Source of the DNA: Spirochaetales bacterium
GTDB taxonomy: Bacteria > Spirochaetota > Spirochaetia > Sphaerochaetales > Sphaerochaetaceae
Length of the DNA stretch: 64,000 nt
Assembly: GCA_022788185.1 (NCBI GenBank)
Contig: JALEVV010000018.1
Location: 3,625 to 67,624 of the forward strand
Direction: 5' to 3'
Below are positions 16,581 through 26,036 of the stretch, piece after piece (position 1 is the stretch's first letter; the number at the start of each line of letters is the position of its first letter). The notes beneath the pieces were generated by a model, which searched no databases, was not told the origin of the DNA, and saw only the letters and a program-made list of their open reading frames with translations. Both the position numbers and the translations under genes were made by a program.

Positions 16581-17276
16581 TTATTGCTTCTCCTGTCCGT
16601 AGTAGGCGTTTTTGCCGTGCTTTCTGTAGTAGTGCTTATCAAGAAGGTGGGAGGGAACATCCTCTGTCTCACTCCTTATCATGAGTGTGTTGAAGGCCAT
16701 TGAGGCAACTTCCTCAATGACTGCTGCATTATGTACCGCATCGATAGGATTTTTGCCCCAGGCAAAGGGCCCATGGTTTTTCACAAGCACTCCCGGGATC
16801 GCATCGGGATCCTTATCCCTGAATGTCTCGATAATGACCTTACCGGTATTCTTCTCATATTCACCCATTATCTCTTCCTCGGTGAGACTTCTCGCACAGG
16901 GAATCTCACCGTAGAAGTAATCGGCATGGGTGGTTCCGAAGGGCCTTATACCCGTTCCGCTCTGGGCAAAGGACACAGCCATTCTGGAATGGGTGTGAAC
17001 AACCCCTCCGATGTTTGGAAATGCCTTGTAGAGCTCGATGTGCGTAGGGGTGTCTGAGGAGGGACGAAGGCTTCCTTCTACAGTTCTTCCCTCCAGATCG
17101 ACGACCACCATGTCATCTGATGTGAGACTCTCATATTCCACTCCGGATGGTTTTATGACCACCAGTCCAGATTCCCGGTCTATCCCTGATACGTTACCCC
17201 AGGTAAATGTCACGAGTCCGTATTTAGGAAGCAGCAGGTTTGCTTCGAGTACTTTTCTTTTCAGTTCTTCAAGCAT
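16581..17276 (-). CDS. araD: L-ribulose-5-phosphate 4-epimerase
   Basis: 231 aa. [20 protein letters not shown]...VVIKPSGV...[12 protein letters not shown]...GGVVHTHS is the typical class II aldolase/AraD pattern. Its start overlaps the upstream kinase stop (TGATG). Confidence 0.9.
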   Translation of the reverse strand: MLEELKRKVLEANLLLPKYGLVTFTWGNVSGIDRESGLVVIKPSGVEYESLTSDDMVVVDLEGRTVEGSLRPSSDTPTHIELYKAFPNIGGVVHTHSRMAVSFAQSGTGIRPFGTTHADYFYGEIPCARSLTEEEIMGEYEKNTGKVIIETFRDKDPDAIPGVLVKNHGPFAWGKNPIDAVHNAAVIEEVASMAFNTLMIRSETEDVPSHLLDKHYYRKHGKNAYYGQEKQ

Positions 17277-18865
17277 CAGAATACCTCCAGTGCCTTTCTC
17301 TCGACAGAGAGCATTTTCCGGTAAGAGGCGGAGTATGCATCCGCATCCCGCATTTCCTTTTCAGTTGCCATCACAGTCCTGACTTCTGCGGTGCTGAAGA
17401 TGGTCTCATCAAGCCAGGTCTCAAGGGCCTTATCCTTTCCTGACGCACCATAGAGTGCGAGAAGGGCCATGCCGTAGGCTCCGCCTTCGGCTGCCGTTTC
17501 CATAACGGATACAGGGGCTCCGATGGCTGCTGAGAGCATTCTGACTCCTGCATCTGAGGATTTGAAGTAACCTCCGTGTCCGAGCATTCTGTTTATCGTT
17601 ATGTTCTCAGTCTTAAGTATATCCATTCCTATTTTCAGCGTGGCCAGGGCTGAGTACATGTGGCACTTCATGAATGCCGCAAGGGAAGGGGTGGCTGATG
17701 GCATGTGGATGAACATGGGAACTCCCCTGTCAAAATCGGTAACTCCCTCACCCGAATGGTAGTTGCAGCTGAGATACTCAGCCGGATCATCATTGCTCTC
17801 AAGTGATACTGCGTATAGAAGGCTGTAAAGCGCTCCGTCATCAAGCTCAAGACCTGCCTTTGAGGCAAAATCCCTGAAGATCGAGGCCCACCAGTTTATC
17901 TCGGAAGTACAGTTGTTACAGTGAACCATGGCCACGGCCTCTCCTGATGGAGTCGTTACCATGTCCAGCTCCCTGTGACGCTTAGGCATATGGTCAACGA
18001 CGACCATGGCGAAGTCACTGGTGCCTGCACTGACGTTGCCGCCTCCGACTCTTACCGAGTTGGTTGCAACCATTCCGGTTCCGGCATCGCCCTCCGGCGG
18101 AACCAGGGGGATTCCTGCCTTAAGTTCCCCTGTGGGATCAAGGAGGAGGGCTCCTTCCTCCGTAAGGCATCCGGCAGTCTCACCGGCCGTGAGTACTTCG
18201 GGAAAGAGAGTGTCAATTGAAAGATCATAGCCTTTTGCTTCTGCCCATTTGGTGAAGGCAGCTTTTGCTTTTTCATCCCAGGTTTTTGTTAAGCTGTCTA
18301 TCGGGAACATTCCGGATGCATCCCCGATTCCGATCACTCTTTTTCCTGTCAGGAGGTAGTGGACGTAGGATGCGAGGGTGAACACCTTATCAAGTCTTTT
18401 CAGGTGCTCTTCACATCTCAGTATTGCCTGTCCCAGGTGTGCTATCGTCCAGCGCTGGGGAATGTTGAAGTCCATAAGATCGGATAAGACCTCCGATGCT
18501 TCCCCTGTCATCGTATTGCGCCAGGTCCTGAAGGGAACAAGGAGTGAGTCGCTTCCGTCCAGGGCGATGTAGCCGTGCATCATTGCGGATATCCCGATCG
18601 CATCGGTTCCCATAAGGGCTGATCCTGTTTTTGCCTTATAGTCTGCCTTGAGTGATGCAAAGCACTTCGCAAGTCCTTCTCTGACTTCATCCATCCCATA
18701 TGTCCAGACTCCATCCTTTAAGGAGTTCTCCCAGGAGGATGAACCTGAGGCGATTACCGTGCCGATGGAGTCGGTCATCACGGCCTTGATCCTGGTGGAT
18801 CCAAGCTCGATGCCGATGGCAGTGTACATATTATCCATTGCTGTATTGTCCCTTTTTAACGACAT
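17276..18865 (-). CDS. FGGY-family carbohydrate kinase, probably L-ribulokinase (AraK/AraB-like)
   Basis: 529 aa. N-terminus [14 protein letters not shown] and C-terminus [10 protein letters not shown] are FGGY hallmarks. Translationally coupled to araD. The start codon is uncertain (ATG 18865, 18838 or 18829). Confidence 0.8.
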   Translation of the reverse strand: MSLKRDNTAMDNMYTAIGIELGSTRIKAVMTDSIGTVIASGSSSWENSLKDGVWTYGMDEVREGLAKCFASLKADYKAKTGSALMGTDAIGISAMMHGYIALDGSDSLLVPFRTWRNTMTGEASEVLSDLMDFNIPQRWTIAHLGQAILRCEEHLKRLDKVFTLASYVHYLLTGKRVIGIGDASGMFPIDSLTKTWDEKAKAAFTKWAEAKGYDLSIDTLFPEVLTAGETAGCLTEEGALLLDPTGELKAGIPLVPPEGDAGTGMVATNSVRVGGGNVSAGTSDFAMVVVDHMPKRHRELDMVTTPSGEAVAMVHCNNCTSEINWWASIFRDFASKAGLELDDGALYSLLYAVSLESNDDPAEYLSCNYHSGEGVTDFDRGVPMFIHMPSATPSLAAFMKCHMYSALATLKIGMDILKTENITINRMLGHGGYFKSSDAGVRMLSAAIGAPVSVMETAAEGGAYGMALLALYGASGKDKALETWLDETIFSTAEVRTVMATEKEMRDADAYSASYRKMLSVERKALEVF

Positions 18866-18871
18866 TTTATC

Positions 18872-18973
18872 ATTTGTATGGTTAGATACAACATAGATGT
18901 ACTTACAATATCTTTGTTTATTTTAGGATTTGTATGGTTTTTGCCCAGCTGTTACTGGGAAATTTGTATGGTT
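18872..18973. promoter_or_regulatory. Cluster of AraR-like operator boxes in the divergent kinase/araR intergenic region
   Basis: Three identical 12-mers ATTTGTATGGTT at 18872..18883, 18928..18939 and 18962..18973. The first sits in TTGTAT-N6-ATACAA. An additional box ATGTACTTACAAT lies at 18897..18909. The half-site TTGTA resembles the B. subtilis AraR operator as I remember it. Confidence 0.55.
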
Positions 18974-19001
18974 TTCTCTATAATCGCTTAAAGAGGTGGC
19001 T

Positions 19002-20039
19002 ATGTCAAAGTATAAGGAAATATCAGGAGTTCTCAGGGAGGAGATACTATCCGGCAGATATGATGCTACAGGAAAGCTTCCCACCGAGTATGAGCTGGTA
19101 TCACGGTTTTCCGTCAGCAGACAGACTGTCAGACAGGCCATCAGCTGCCTCAGGAATGATGGTTATCTTTATCAGATTCAGGGTAGCGGGACCTATATTT
19201 CAAAGTCAGGCCCGAAGAGACAGGACAGGGCATCAAAACGTGTCATGGTGATAAGTACTTATATCAGTGACTACATATTTCCCTCCATCATACGCGGTAT
19301 CGAGAAGGAGCTTTCGGCTGCAGGTATTCAGGTAAGTATCGCCGCAACCGGTAACCGGATTGATCTGGAACGTAAGATCCTTCAGAACATCATCGATACC
19401 GGTGATGTGGACGGCATAATTGCCGAAGGCACCAAGACCGGATTTCCGAATCCTAACATCTCCCTTTACCGTCGCATTAAGGAAATGGGCATTCCCGTAA
19501 TCTTCCTTCACTGTTCGTACCCGGAACTCGACGATGCCGTAGTGGTGGGAATGAACGATATGGCAGGCGGGCGTTACATCGCCGATTACCTTATCGGAAA
19601 GGGGTACCGGAAGTTCGGTGCCATCTTCAAGTCCGATGACAGGCAGGGACTCTTAAGGTATGCGGGCTTCTGTGAAGGTATCATAAATGCAGGTCTCTCA
19701 CTGGACTGTGTGAGACCCAGGTGGTACACGACTGAGGATGTTTTTGCATCCAAGGAAGGCGGCCCGGATGAAGTTCCTGTTGATTATTTTACCGGTGACG
19801 CCCTGGTATGCTACAACGACATGGTCGCGACTGCTGCCATAACTGACTATGAGAAGCGAGGTATCCCTGTCCCACTGATATTAAGCTTTGACAGCAGTCA
19901 TCTCTGTCAGGCTTATCCCGGAAGGATCCTTTCCCTCGGGCACAGGAAGGATGAACTAGGTGAGACTGCTGCCGTCAAGATGATAAACATGCTCTCAGGC
20001 AAAACGGAAGAGAGTGTTCTGATGGATTGGATTTGCTGA
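19002..20039 (+). CDS. araR: AraR-type regulator (GntR-family HTH fused to a LacI/PBP-like sugar-binding domain)
   Basis: KLPTEYELVSRFSVSRQTVRQAISCLRNDGYLYQIQGSGTYI is a GntR-type wHTH. The remainder resembles a periplasmic-binding-protein (LacI-like) domain. The track starts at GTG 18996. ATG 19002 follows AAGAGGTGG. Confidence 0.85.
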   Translation: MSKYKEISGVLREEILSGRYDATGKLPTEYELVSRFSVSRQTVRQAISCLRNDGYLYQIQGSGTYISKSGPKRQDRASKRVMVISTYISDYIFPSIIRGIEKELSAAGIQVSIAATGNRIDLERKILQNIIDTGDVDGIIAEGTKTGFPNPNISLYRRIKEMGIPVIFLHCSYPELDDAVVVGMNDMAGGRYIADYLIGKGYRKFGAIFKSDDRQGLLRYAGFCEGIINAGLSLDCVRPRWYTTEDVFASKEGGPDEVPVDYFTGDALVCYNDMVATAAITDYEKRGIPVPLILSFDSSHLCQAYPGRILSLGHRKDELGETAAVKMINMLSGKTEESVLMDWIC

Positions 20040-20046
20040 GCGAACC

Positions 20047-21336
20047 TCAGTTCTTCAATGCCGTGATCGGGACGACAAAGACGCCGTCCTTCCTCTGATA
20101 AGCAGCATTGGACATACCGCAGATCACAGCCATCACAGAGGGGGCTTTTCCTCCTTTCATGACAATACTGTCCCTGATTGAGATCAGGTTTTCAGCAGCA
20201 CTGTCAATCTGTTTTGCTCCGAGTTTGATTTCAAAGGCACACCAACGGCCGTCCTTAAGTTCAACTACGGTATCAATCTCCCTGTTTGAATAGTCCTGGT
20301 AGTGGAATACTTCGGCTCCGAATGATTCAGCATAAATCCTGATATCCCGTTCACAAAGTGCTTCGAACATAAAGCCGAATGTTTCCAGATCATTGATAAG
20401 CTTCTCCGGGGTAAGATTCAGCAGTGCACATGCAAGTGATGGATCACAGAAATGGCGCTTTTCTGCTGTTTTCACCCTTGCTGAGGACCTGATATTTGAA
20501 GAGAATGGTTTCAGATTGTCCAAAAGAAACAGTCTCTGAAAAACGTCAAGATAGTTATTAACCGTATCATAATCAACGTTTCCATCATCAGTCTCCCTGA
20601 TATCTTTCTCAAGTGTCTTCTTTGATACAGTGGTGCTCTCATTCCTTGCAAGTGAACGCAGCAGCAGTTTCATTTTTCCGGTGTCATACTTGATGCCATC
20701 GATTTTCTGAGTATCTTCTGAAAGAATTGTATCGATATAGGAGTGAGAAATCATCATGGCATTCTCAATCGGCATATCAATAGCTCCGGGAAAACCTCCG
20801 CGCACAATTAAACAAGCCAGGTTTTGCAGAGATGTTTCCCCTGTCAGGGCTGGTGTCATTCTTCCTTCACAGAGATCTTCAAGCGAAATGCAGCCTGAAG
20901 AATCACCCGATTCAAAAAGGGACATGGTCCGCATCCTCAGCCTGCCTATGCGTCCTGCACCGCTATGTACTCTAAGCTCTTTTCTTTTGGGTGTTGATGA
21001 GCCAGTCAGTATGAACTGTCCCTTTTCACTTCTCCGGTCAACTTCGTAACGGACGGCATCCCAGATTTCTTCAACCTCCTGCCACTCATCTATCAGACGA
21101 GGTGTTTCACCTTCAAGAATCATGGCAGGCGCAAGCTCAGCCAGTCTCCTGTTCTGGAAATGATAGGTCGGATCAGCAATAAGGAATTCGCTGTTGGCAT
21201 GATAAGATGAGATCCATGTTTTACCACACCACTTGGGGCCTTCGATGCAAACAGCCCCGAAAGAAGCCAGGTATCTTTCAACCTGTTTATCCATTATCCT
21301 GGCTCGGTACTTTTTTATATCAGCAATTTTTGCCAT
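20047..21336 (-). CDS. AAA+ ATPase of the AAA_14/DUF4143 family
   Basis: 429 aa. EGPKWCGKTW (P-loop), RLIDEWQ (Walker B-like) and QFILTGSS are typical of this widespread ATP-binding protein family. Confidence 0.8.
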   Translation of the reverse strand: MAKIADIKKYRARIMDKQVERYLASFGAVCIEGPKWCGKTWISSYHANSEFLIADPTYHFQNRRLAELAPAMILEGETPRLIDEWQEVEEIWDAVRYEVDRRSEKGQFILTGSSTPKRKELRVHSGAGRIGRLRMRTMSLFESGDSSGCISLEDLCEGRMTPALTGETSLQNLACLIVRGGFPGAIDMPIENAMMISHSYIDTILSEDTQKIDGIKYDTGKMKLLLRSLARNESTTVSKKTLEKDIRETDDGNVDYDTVNNYLDVFQRLFLLDNLKPFSSNIRSSARVKTAEKRHFCDPSLACALLNLTPEKLINDLETFGFMFEALCERDIRIYAESFGAEVFHYQDYSNREIDTVVELKDGRWCAFEIKLGAKQIDSAAENLISIRDSIVMKGGKAPSVMAVICGMSNAAYQRKDGVFVVPITALKN

Positions 21337-21379
21337 CTATCACACCTCTTAATTCATGATATACATCCATATTACTGTA

Positions 21380-21494
21380 ATCGGTAAAATTTGTGAATTT
21401 CATTCGGCAATATTTTGAAAAACCGTTCGGCAATATTTTGAGAAATCATTCGGCAGAATTCTGAGAAATCATTCGGCAGAATTCTTGCAGGTCG
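21380..21494. repeat. Five tandem 23-bp repeats (consensus about TTCGGCARAATTYTGAGAAATCA)
   Basis: Units at 21380-21402 (degenerate), 21403-21425, 21426-21448, 21449-21471 and 21472-21494. Units 3 and 4 contain the 10-bp palindrome CAGAATTCTG. There are no spacers, so this is not a CRISPR array. Confidence 0.9.
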
Positions 21495-21565
21495 GTTCAG
21501 GATCACTTGTATGTAATTATTTTCAGTTGAGTTTCAAAGCAAGATAGATGTGAGTGAATGGGATT

Positions 21566-21638
21566 TGGAGCCGACGGGACTCGAACCCGCCACTTTCAGA
21601 TTGCGAACCTGACGCTCTACCAGATGAGCTACGGCCCC
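21566..21638 (-). tRNA. tRNA-Ala (anticodon CGC)
   Basis: The minus strand reads GGGGCCGTAGCTCATCTGGTAGAGCGTCAGGTTCGCAATCTGAAAGTGGCGGGTTCGAGTCCCGTCGGCTCCA. A cloverleaf folds by hand. It has the G3:U70 alanine identity pair and anticodon loop TTCGCAA. The CCA end is not encoded. Confidence 0.9.
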
Positions 21639-21716
21639 ATGTTTTTCCCTGATTATACTCCCTGACGGAAGATTTGTATACTTTTCCGCCACTATCTTTT
21701 TTCTTTTATTCGGGGT

Positions 21717-23096
21717 ATGTTGGCAGTTATGAGTCTTATCCGTGATACCTTCAGGGACAGGTCTTTCCTGTCCAAGCTGTTCCGCCTTGCCTTTCCGATC
21801 GCGCTGCAGGCAATGCTGCTTGCGACTGTTGCCGCATCCGATACGGTCATGCTCGGAAGTCTTGAGCAGAATGCGATGTCGGCAGTCTCCCTGGCATCCC
21901 AGATCCAGTTCGTCCAGAATATGATCGTCACAGGGGTGGTTTCCGCCTTCCAGATACTCGGCGCCCAGTATGCGGGTAAACGTGATAAAAACACTCTCAA
22001 CAGGCTTTTGTGCATGAGTCTCAGGATCTGTGTGCTCGTAAGTCTTGCATTTTCGCTATTATGCTTCCTCTGTCCCGCATCCCTCATGAGGATTTTCACA
22101 AATGAGGAAGCACTAATCGTAATCGGAGTCGGATATCTGAAAATTGCAGCGGTTTCATATCTCATTGCGGGCATCACGCAGTGCCTGCTTGCCCTCATCA
22201 AGCTCGGTGCCAACACTGCCGCAGTGGCACGCATCAGCGGTGTTGCCGTCGTCCTGAACATCGTCCTTAACGGAGTATTCATCTTCGGTCTCTTCGGCCT
22301 TCCCCAGATGGGAGTTGCCGGAGCAGCCCTTGCCACGGTTACGGCAAGGGTAGTGGAGCTTGTTCTTTCAGTGATATTTGCCTGGAAGGACAACTTCCTC
22401 CGTCCTGATTTAAAAAAGCTTTTTGCCTTTGATAAGGCGCTGTCCCTGGATTTCATCCGTCAGCTCCTGCCCCTTATGGGTGCATACCTGCTCTGGACTG
22501 TGGGCTTTACTTCCTACTCGGCCTTCATGGGCCACATGGGAATCGATGCGGCTGCGGCCAACTCGGTTGCTTCCGTGGTCAGGAGTCTGGTCAGCAGTTT
22601 CATGAAGGGCCTTGCTGGCGGTGCTGCCATCATGGTTGGATATGAGCTGGGACAGGGCCATCTTGATAGAGCACGCACTTACGGGGACAGACTTGTGTTT
22701 ATGTCCGTAATATGCGGTGTGCTTTCAGGGTTAATGATATTGGGTTCCATTCCGCTGGCACTGACAGTGGTGAAGCTCACTCCGGGAGCCGCCTCAGATT
22801 TCATAACGCTTTCAGTCATCCTGTCCATCTACATAGTGGGATGTTCAGTCAATTCCGTAGTGATAAACGGTCTCTTCGCTTCAGGCGGGGACACTCTCTT
22901 TGATGTCTATTCCCTGGCCGTTATGATGTGGGGCATAGCCGTTCCGCTGGCCGCGGCCGGAACGTTCCTTCTGTCCTGGCCGGTGGCAGTGGTCTATTTC
23001 TGTACCTGTCTTGATGAAGTGGGGAAGATCCCATGGACACTGCACCACTACAGAAAGTACAGGTGGGTCCGGGATCTTACCCGTGAGGTCAGTTGA
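21717..23096 (+). CDS. MATE-family efflux transporter
   Basis: 459 aa, polytopic. The N-terminus ...LFRLAFPIALQAMLL... and the overall 12-TM pattern are typical of MATE/NorM-like proteins. Confidence 0.85.
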   Translation: MLAVMSLIRDTFRDRSFLSKLFRLAFPIALQAMLLATVAASDTVMLGSLEQNAMSAVSLASQIQFVQNMIVTGVVSAFQILGAQYAGKRDKNTLNRLLCMSLRICVLVSLAFSLLCFLCPASLMRIFTNEEALIVIGVGYLKIAAVSYLIAGITQCLLALIKLGANTAAVARISGVAVVLNIVLNGVFIFGLFGLPQMGVAGAALATVTARVVELVLSVIFAWKDNFLRPDLKKLFAFDKALSLDFIRQLLPLMGAYLLWTVGFTSYSAFMGHMGIDAAAANSVASVVRSLVSSFMKGLAGGAAIMVGYELGQGHLDRARTYGDRLVFMSVICGVLSGLMILGSIPLALTVVKLTPGAASDFITLSVILSIYIVGCSVNSVVINGLFASGGDTLFDVYSLAVMMWGIAVPLAAAGTFLLSWPVAVVYFCTCLDEVGKIPWTLHHYRKYRWVRDLTREVS

Positions 23097-24858
23097 TGTC
23101 GTATTCCCTCAGGAAGGCCCGATAGTTGTCCTCGAAGTTATGTGTATGATGATCCTTGATGTCATTGGTGTATGTGTGGATGCCCAGCACACCCTGCTGC
23201 ATCTCGATCATGGTGGCGGCGATGTTCGAACAGTGGTCTGATACCCTTTCGAAGTCACCTATGAGGTCGTTGTATATATAGCCGTTCAGCAGCGTGCATT
23301 CACCTGCCGTGAGGCGGGCTATGTGGTTTGCCTTCATCTTGCCCGTTACCTCGTCGATTACCTCCTCCAGGGGTTCGACACGGTATGCCATTGAAATGTC
23401 ATCGCGGTTGAACGCCTCAACTATCATGCCGGTAATGCGGCAGAGCGCATTCGCCATGTTCCTGAGTTCCTGCTTAGCATCATCGGTGAAGGTTATGTTC
23501 TTTTCCTTTATCTCCCGTGCACTCTGGGCGATATTGAGGGCATGGTCACTTATTCTCTCATAGTCAGTAAGGGTATGCAGGTACTTTGTCACAGACCTGT
23601 TGAGGTCAGAGGGCAGTTCCTGTCCTGTTACCTTGGTAAGGTATGTTCCGATTCTGTCCTCATAGCGGTCTATCACGTTCTCTATACGCTCGACCTCTGC
23701 AAAACCTTCCTCGATGAACCCGATTGTAATGAGATCAAGGGCATCGGAAATGTTTTTGCGTGCAAGCTCGCCCATGCGGTTTATTGCTATCCTGCTGTTT
23801 TCAACAGCCAGGGGCGGGTAGGAGAGGAAGCGTTCCTCGAGACGCTCGATGTCATCGAGCTCACTGTCCTGCTTAAGCGGTACATCCCTGATTATTATCG
23901 AGACGAGCTGCTCTATTATGCTCATCAGCGGAAGCAGCATCACGATCACGGCGGCCCTGAAGACCGTGTTGAGAAGCGCGATGCTCACGCTTCTCATAGT
24001 AAAGTGCATGAACGGGATTTCGATGAAAGCGGCGACGGTGTAGAAGATTGCCGAGAAGATCGCAACTCCCAGGACGTCTACAACCAGATATGATACTGCA
24101 GTCCTCTTGCCGTCTACCGATGCTCCGAAGGCGGATAGCAGCACCGGAACGGCTGCGCCTATTGCAATTCCCATGACTATGGGAAGTGCTGTATCGAAGG
24201 TGATGGCCCCTGTGGATGAGAGTGCCTGCAGGATACCGATGGCGGCTGAGGCGCTCTGGATCACGGTGGTGAAGAGCATACCTATGAGGATTCCGAGGAT
24301 GGGATTGGAGAATCTGGTCAGTAGGTCGATGAAGATGGGTGAGTCCCTGAGACCTGACACGGAGCTGCTCATGCTCTTCATGCCGAACATCAGGATGGAA
24401 AATCCCATCAGGATGTCACCGATGTGTCTGTATACCCTCTTTTTCGATATCATCCTCATCAATATTCCGGTTATTGCCGCAATGGCACTTATGGACTCGG
24501 TGGAAAGCAGATCAAGGATACCGCCTCCGCCTCCTCCGAGATCGGAAAGTGAGATGATCCAGCCGGTCACGCTGGTTCCTATTATTGCTCCCATGATTAT
24601 CGAGATGGCCTGTTTCATCTTCATCATTCCGGAGTTGACGAAACCTACGACCATGACCGATGTGGCAGATGATGACTGGATTACGGCGGTTACACCGGTT
24701 CCCAGCAGTATGCCTTTTACCGGAGTTCCGGAGAGTCTGTAGAGTATGACTTCCAGTCTGTTTCCTGCAACGAGCTTAAGGGCATCGCCCATGAGGGCCA
24801 TGCCGAAAAGAAAGAGCGCAACACCTCCAAGCAGGGTGATGGCATCAACCAGATCCAT
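23089..24858 (-). CDS. Na+/phosphate cotransporter family protein with C-terminal PhoU-like repeats
   Basis: 589 aa. MDLVDAITLLGGVALFLFGM and QSSSATSVMVVGF (with a second QSASAAIGIL repeat) are NptA/YjbB-type motifs. The C-terminal ERISDHALNIA / ERVSDHCSNIA repeats are PhoU-like. Confidence 0.88.
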   Translation of the reverse strand: MDLVDAITLLGGVALFLFGMALMGDALKLVAGNRLEVILYRLSGTPVKGILLGTGVTAVIQSSSATSVMVVGFVNSGMMKMKQAISIIMGAIIGTSVTGWIISLSDLGGGGGGILDLLSTESISAIAAITGILMRMISKKRVYRHIGDILMGFSILMFGMKSMSSSVSGLRDSPIFIDLLTRFSNPILGILIGMLFTTVIQSASAAIGILQALSSTGAITFDTALPIVMGIAIGAAVPVLLSAFGASVDGKRTAVSYLVVDVLGVAIFSAIFYTVAAFIEIPFMHFTMRSVSIALLNTVFRAAVIVMLLPLMSIIEQLVSIIIRDVPLKQDSELDDIERLEERFLSYPPLAVENSRIAINRMGELARKNISDALDLITIGFIEEGFAEVERIENVIDRYEDRIGTYLTKVTGQELPSDLNRSVTKYLHTLTDYERISDHALNIAQSAREIKEKNITFTDDAKQELRNMANALCRITGMIVEAFNRDDISMAYRVEPLEEVIDEVTGKMKANHIARLTAGECTLLNGYIYNDLIGDFERVSDHCSNIAATMIEMQQGVLGIHTYTNDIKDHHTHNFEDNYRAFLREYDIN

Positions 24859-24955
24859 GTTTTCCTCGCTTTTAGTTATACTTCATGGTCCAGTGTAAAA
24901 GAAATGTAAGAAAATTGTAATATTTACATGAAATGCCTGAAGGAAAAAGTCATGT

Positions 24956-25786
24956 TTATGCAATGGAAAGGAGCATTTTTATCTCCTCAGCCCATCTGGT
25001 TTCATCAGGGGTTTCCAGAATAAGTGGAATTCCATGTACTTCCTTTCTCCTGACGATTGCCTTAAAGCACTCCTCCCCGATTAGTCCAAGGCCTATGCTG
25101 TCGTGCCTGTCCTTATTGGAAGCAAGGGGGACCTTAGAGTCATTGAGGTGCATGCCGTAAAGCTTTTCCGGTGAGAATCTTGAGAAGAACTCATCAAGCA
25201 CCTTATTCACGTCATCACGGACGTTGTAGCCTGAGCCGAAGAGGTGGGCGGTGTCCAGGGTGAAGCCGACCCTGTCCGATGCCTTCACTTCCGACAGAAT
25301 CATATCCAGTTCCTCAAAGGTGGAACCGAGGATCGTTCCTGCACCCGCAGTGTTCTCAACCGCGATCCTGACTGAGGGGTGGGCTGAGAGCACTTCGTCA
25401 AGGGCTGCGGCACATCGCCTTATTCCGTCAGTCCTGTCACCTTCCTTAAAGGCTCCGGGATGGATGTTTATCACATCAAGACCGAGTGCCTCCAGACGGG
25501 AAGCCTCCTCCTGGAAGAGCTCAATGGACTTTGCCCTGAGCTCGGGATCGGGAGAGGCGGGATTGATGAGATATCCTGCATGGGGCAGGATGGCTTTCTT
25601 TGTGTATCCGTACTCCTCCAGCTTTGCTTTAAAGGCGGTAATGTCTTCTTCCTTCAGCGCAGGACTCTTCCACTGCCTCTGATTTTTCGTGAAGATGGCA
25701 AAGCCTGTTGCCCCGAGTTCATGTGCCCTGTCAGCGGCAAAGGCCACTGAGCCTGATATTGATACGTGCGGTCCGATGTAAAGCAT
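24956..25786 (-). CDS. nfo: Endonuclease IV (deoxyribonuclease IV)
   Basis: MLYIGPHVSISGSVAFAADRAHELGATGFAIFTKNQRQWKSP aligns residue-for-residue with the N-terminus of Nfo as I recall it. The track extends to a TTG at 25822, which I consider unlikely. Confidence 0.88.
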   Translation of the reverse strand: MLYIGPHVSISGSVAFAADRAHELGATGFAIFTKNQRQWKSPALKEEDITAFKAKLEEYGYTKKAILPHAGYLINPASPDPELRAKSIELFQEEASRLEALGLDVINIHPGAFKEGDRTDGIRRCAAALDEVLSAHPSVRIAVENTAGAGTILGSTFEELDMILSEVKASDRVGFTLDTAHLFGSGYNVRDDVNKVLDEFFSRFSPEKLYGMHLNDSKVPLASNKDRHDSIGLGLIGEECFKAIVRRKEVHGIPLILETPDETRWAEEIKMLLSIA

Positions 25787-25938
25787 GGTGTAATGTTTGT
25801 GAGGAAAAGGATTTTTTGTCAACAGGAAACGGAATGGATTATGATATCCCAGATTTGCCGGAATGGAACAGAAAATGAATAAGGCTTTCCGTCATACCCT
25901 GATACTGTTCAGGCATTGGAATAGCCTGACGGATGATT

Positions 25939-25971
25939 AAAAGAAAACGGGACAACCTTTCGGTTATCCCG
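25939..25971 (-). terminator. Rho-independent terminator of pckA
   Basis: The minus-strand RNA reads CGGGAUAACC-GAAA-GGUUGUCCCG followed by UUUUCUUUU, about 65 nt after the pckA stop. Confidence 0.75.
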
Positions 25972-26036
25972 CTTTGCCATGGACCCGTCGGTTCTAAAGC
26001 CCCTTAATGAAGTGGCAGGAACCTCGCGGCTGATTA

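Noticed and set aside
21380-21494. Could the 23-bp repeat array be a CRISPR array?
   Set aside because: The units are directly abutting with no spacers and drift in sequence. No cas genes are present in the window.
21692-22456. 254-aa minus-strand ORF
   Set aside because: It is fully antisense to the MATE transporter gene. The product is Ala/Arg/Ser/Thr-rich and low-complexity, typical of an antisense frame in GC-rich coding sequence.
23542-24742. Plus-strand ORFs of 183 aa and 211 aa
   Set aside because: They are antisense to the Na/Pi-PhoU gene, whose own product has clear family motifs.
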